Shown here: positions 62,674 to 64,000 of the stretch, piece after piece | Numbering within the stretch: position 1 is the first letter of the stretch | How the letters are laid out: every line of letters starts with the position of its first letter | DNA from: Lepidodermella squamata | Taxonomy: Eukaryota; Animalia; Gastrotricha | Assembly (NCBI GenBank): GCA_047495785.1 | Contig: JBLDXI010000015.1 | Span: 620,001 to 684,000, forward strand | DNA: 64,000 nt | Reading direction: 5' to 3' | Made by a program: the position numbers and the translations under genes | Notes under the pieces: generated by a model | Told to the model about the DNA's origin: nothing | Databases searched by the model: none | What the model saw: the letters and a program-made list of their open reading frames with translations, nothing else

Positions 62674-64000
62674 GGTCAACATTCAAGTGTATTTTGTGAA
62701 CACATGGCCAAGTATATCTTTCAGCTATTCTTTTTTCATCTGTTAACACGCCATTTTGGCGATTTCTAAGCATCGGTTCCTATGCTCACAATTTTTGCGT
62801 GTGAGAAAATCAGATACTAATAAACAATTCTATCGAAATCTCGGGTTTCAGCGTCAATTGAATGCATGAGAGGAGCTTGCTGCTTGCTTCCAGCGCTGCC
62901 AAAAGCTGAAACTCACGACTCACGACCAGTGTGTGAAATACCGGGGCGTATGTAAGCTACCGTACCTCCCACCTTTAGAGGTCCTAGTAGGAAAACCCAA
63001 AAACAAACCACTGGGAGGGGGCTTTTTTGTCGGATAAATTTAGGGTTGAAAATACCTCGAGGATCCTACTTCATCCACTTCACACGAGTTCCAAGCTTCT
63101 ATGAGCAAACGGGCAAAGGTGCATTGTTCTTTTTTCTGAGAAAGGTAAATTCTCAATAAACAATAACAATAAAATAAAACTCAATAACATTGACATAACT
63201 ATTATATCTTATGGATTCTTCGCAAAAAAGGGAGACAACATACATATTTAAATGATAACTTCAAGTTTTAATTGTCTCCTGTTTCACCAGGTAATACATT
63301 CGATGTAGATCACCTCCCTGATTATCATTTTGATCACGATCTAAAAATAAATTGGCTAGATCGATATAGATCGATGACGGCCCCGACTGACTTTCTAATG
63401 CCCGTATCTCCTACGCACAGTTTGCGAAGTAGGATCCGTGAGCTGAGGTGTTTCCACTTGTTTTCTAGGACCCAGCCGAAGAAGCCAAAGGGTCCCCCTG
63501 TGGGTTTTTCAGCCTTCCTTGGTTGGAGTCCCGGAGCTGGGGTTTCGCGACACCCTGCCTACGCATAATTGCATGAATCAAGTACTACGAGGCCCTATCG
63601 TTTACAGGATTACTCAATTGATTTGCGAACCAATCATGACATGAACTTGGGGCAGAATCTAAACGCTGATCATAGTATATAGATAGTGCGAGTGGGAGGG
63701 TCTGAATGACAGTGCATTACGCGTCTCCATCGAGCAAATAGCGGATTTTGAATAGCGCTTTCAGGAAAACTTCGATCGCTCTTCATCTGCATGAACAATC
63801 AATTAATCACGCTTGGATAAGAAAAAATGTCTCGAACACCAATGTTTGCTATGATCTAGGGTATATTATAGCTGATAAAACCGATATAACAGAAGTTTCC
63901 ATACTCGACCTGTTTATTGCTAATGAATATTATTTGCCTCGCCAATTTGCTTCCGCTGCTTTCAAACGCGTGTTTGATTAACTACAACTACTAGGTATGC

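Noticed and set aside
1-64000. Specific taxonomic assignment
   Set aside because: Gene content suggests an invertebrate animal with a compact intron style, but no diagnostic marker is present.

Overview
Eukaryotic, invertebrate-animal-like DNA with many short (about 43-110 nt) GT-AG introns. I found no prokaryotic operons, rRNA, tRNA or CRISPR arrays. The window is a hotspot of tandem gene birth and death, mostly for secreted or cell-surface proteins. From 5' to 3' it holds: (1) two-domain S1 serine proteases (dead N-terminal domain, active C-terminal domain), interleaved with four intronless GPI-type PQQ/BamB-like beta-propeller genes that are horizontal-transfer candidates, reshaped by a very recent templated duplication; (2) a temptin-domain copper type II monooxygenase without a DOMON domain; (3) a 5'-truncated RTE LINE with a perfect target-site duplication (TSD); (4) a spliced G-protein gamma gene ending in CVIS that the ORF track misses; (5) eight three-exon orphan pentameric ligand-gated ion channel (pLGIC) genes plus relics, with a C-X14-C Cys-loop, an extra Cys-rich insert, no canonical ACh-binding aromatics in loops B/C and almost no M3-M4 loop; this is the best candidate for an undescribed, possibly chemosensory receptor family; (6) a 4xEGF papain-family protease with a 6-nt microexon; (7) a large PAN/F5-8C/LamG/F-type-lectin mosaic whose first F-type domain appears split by nested domains; plus several MITEs. 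Gene models and sequence identities were derived by eye, so boundaries may be off by a few bases.
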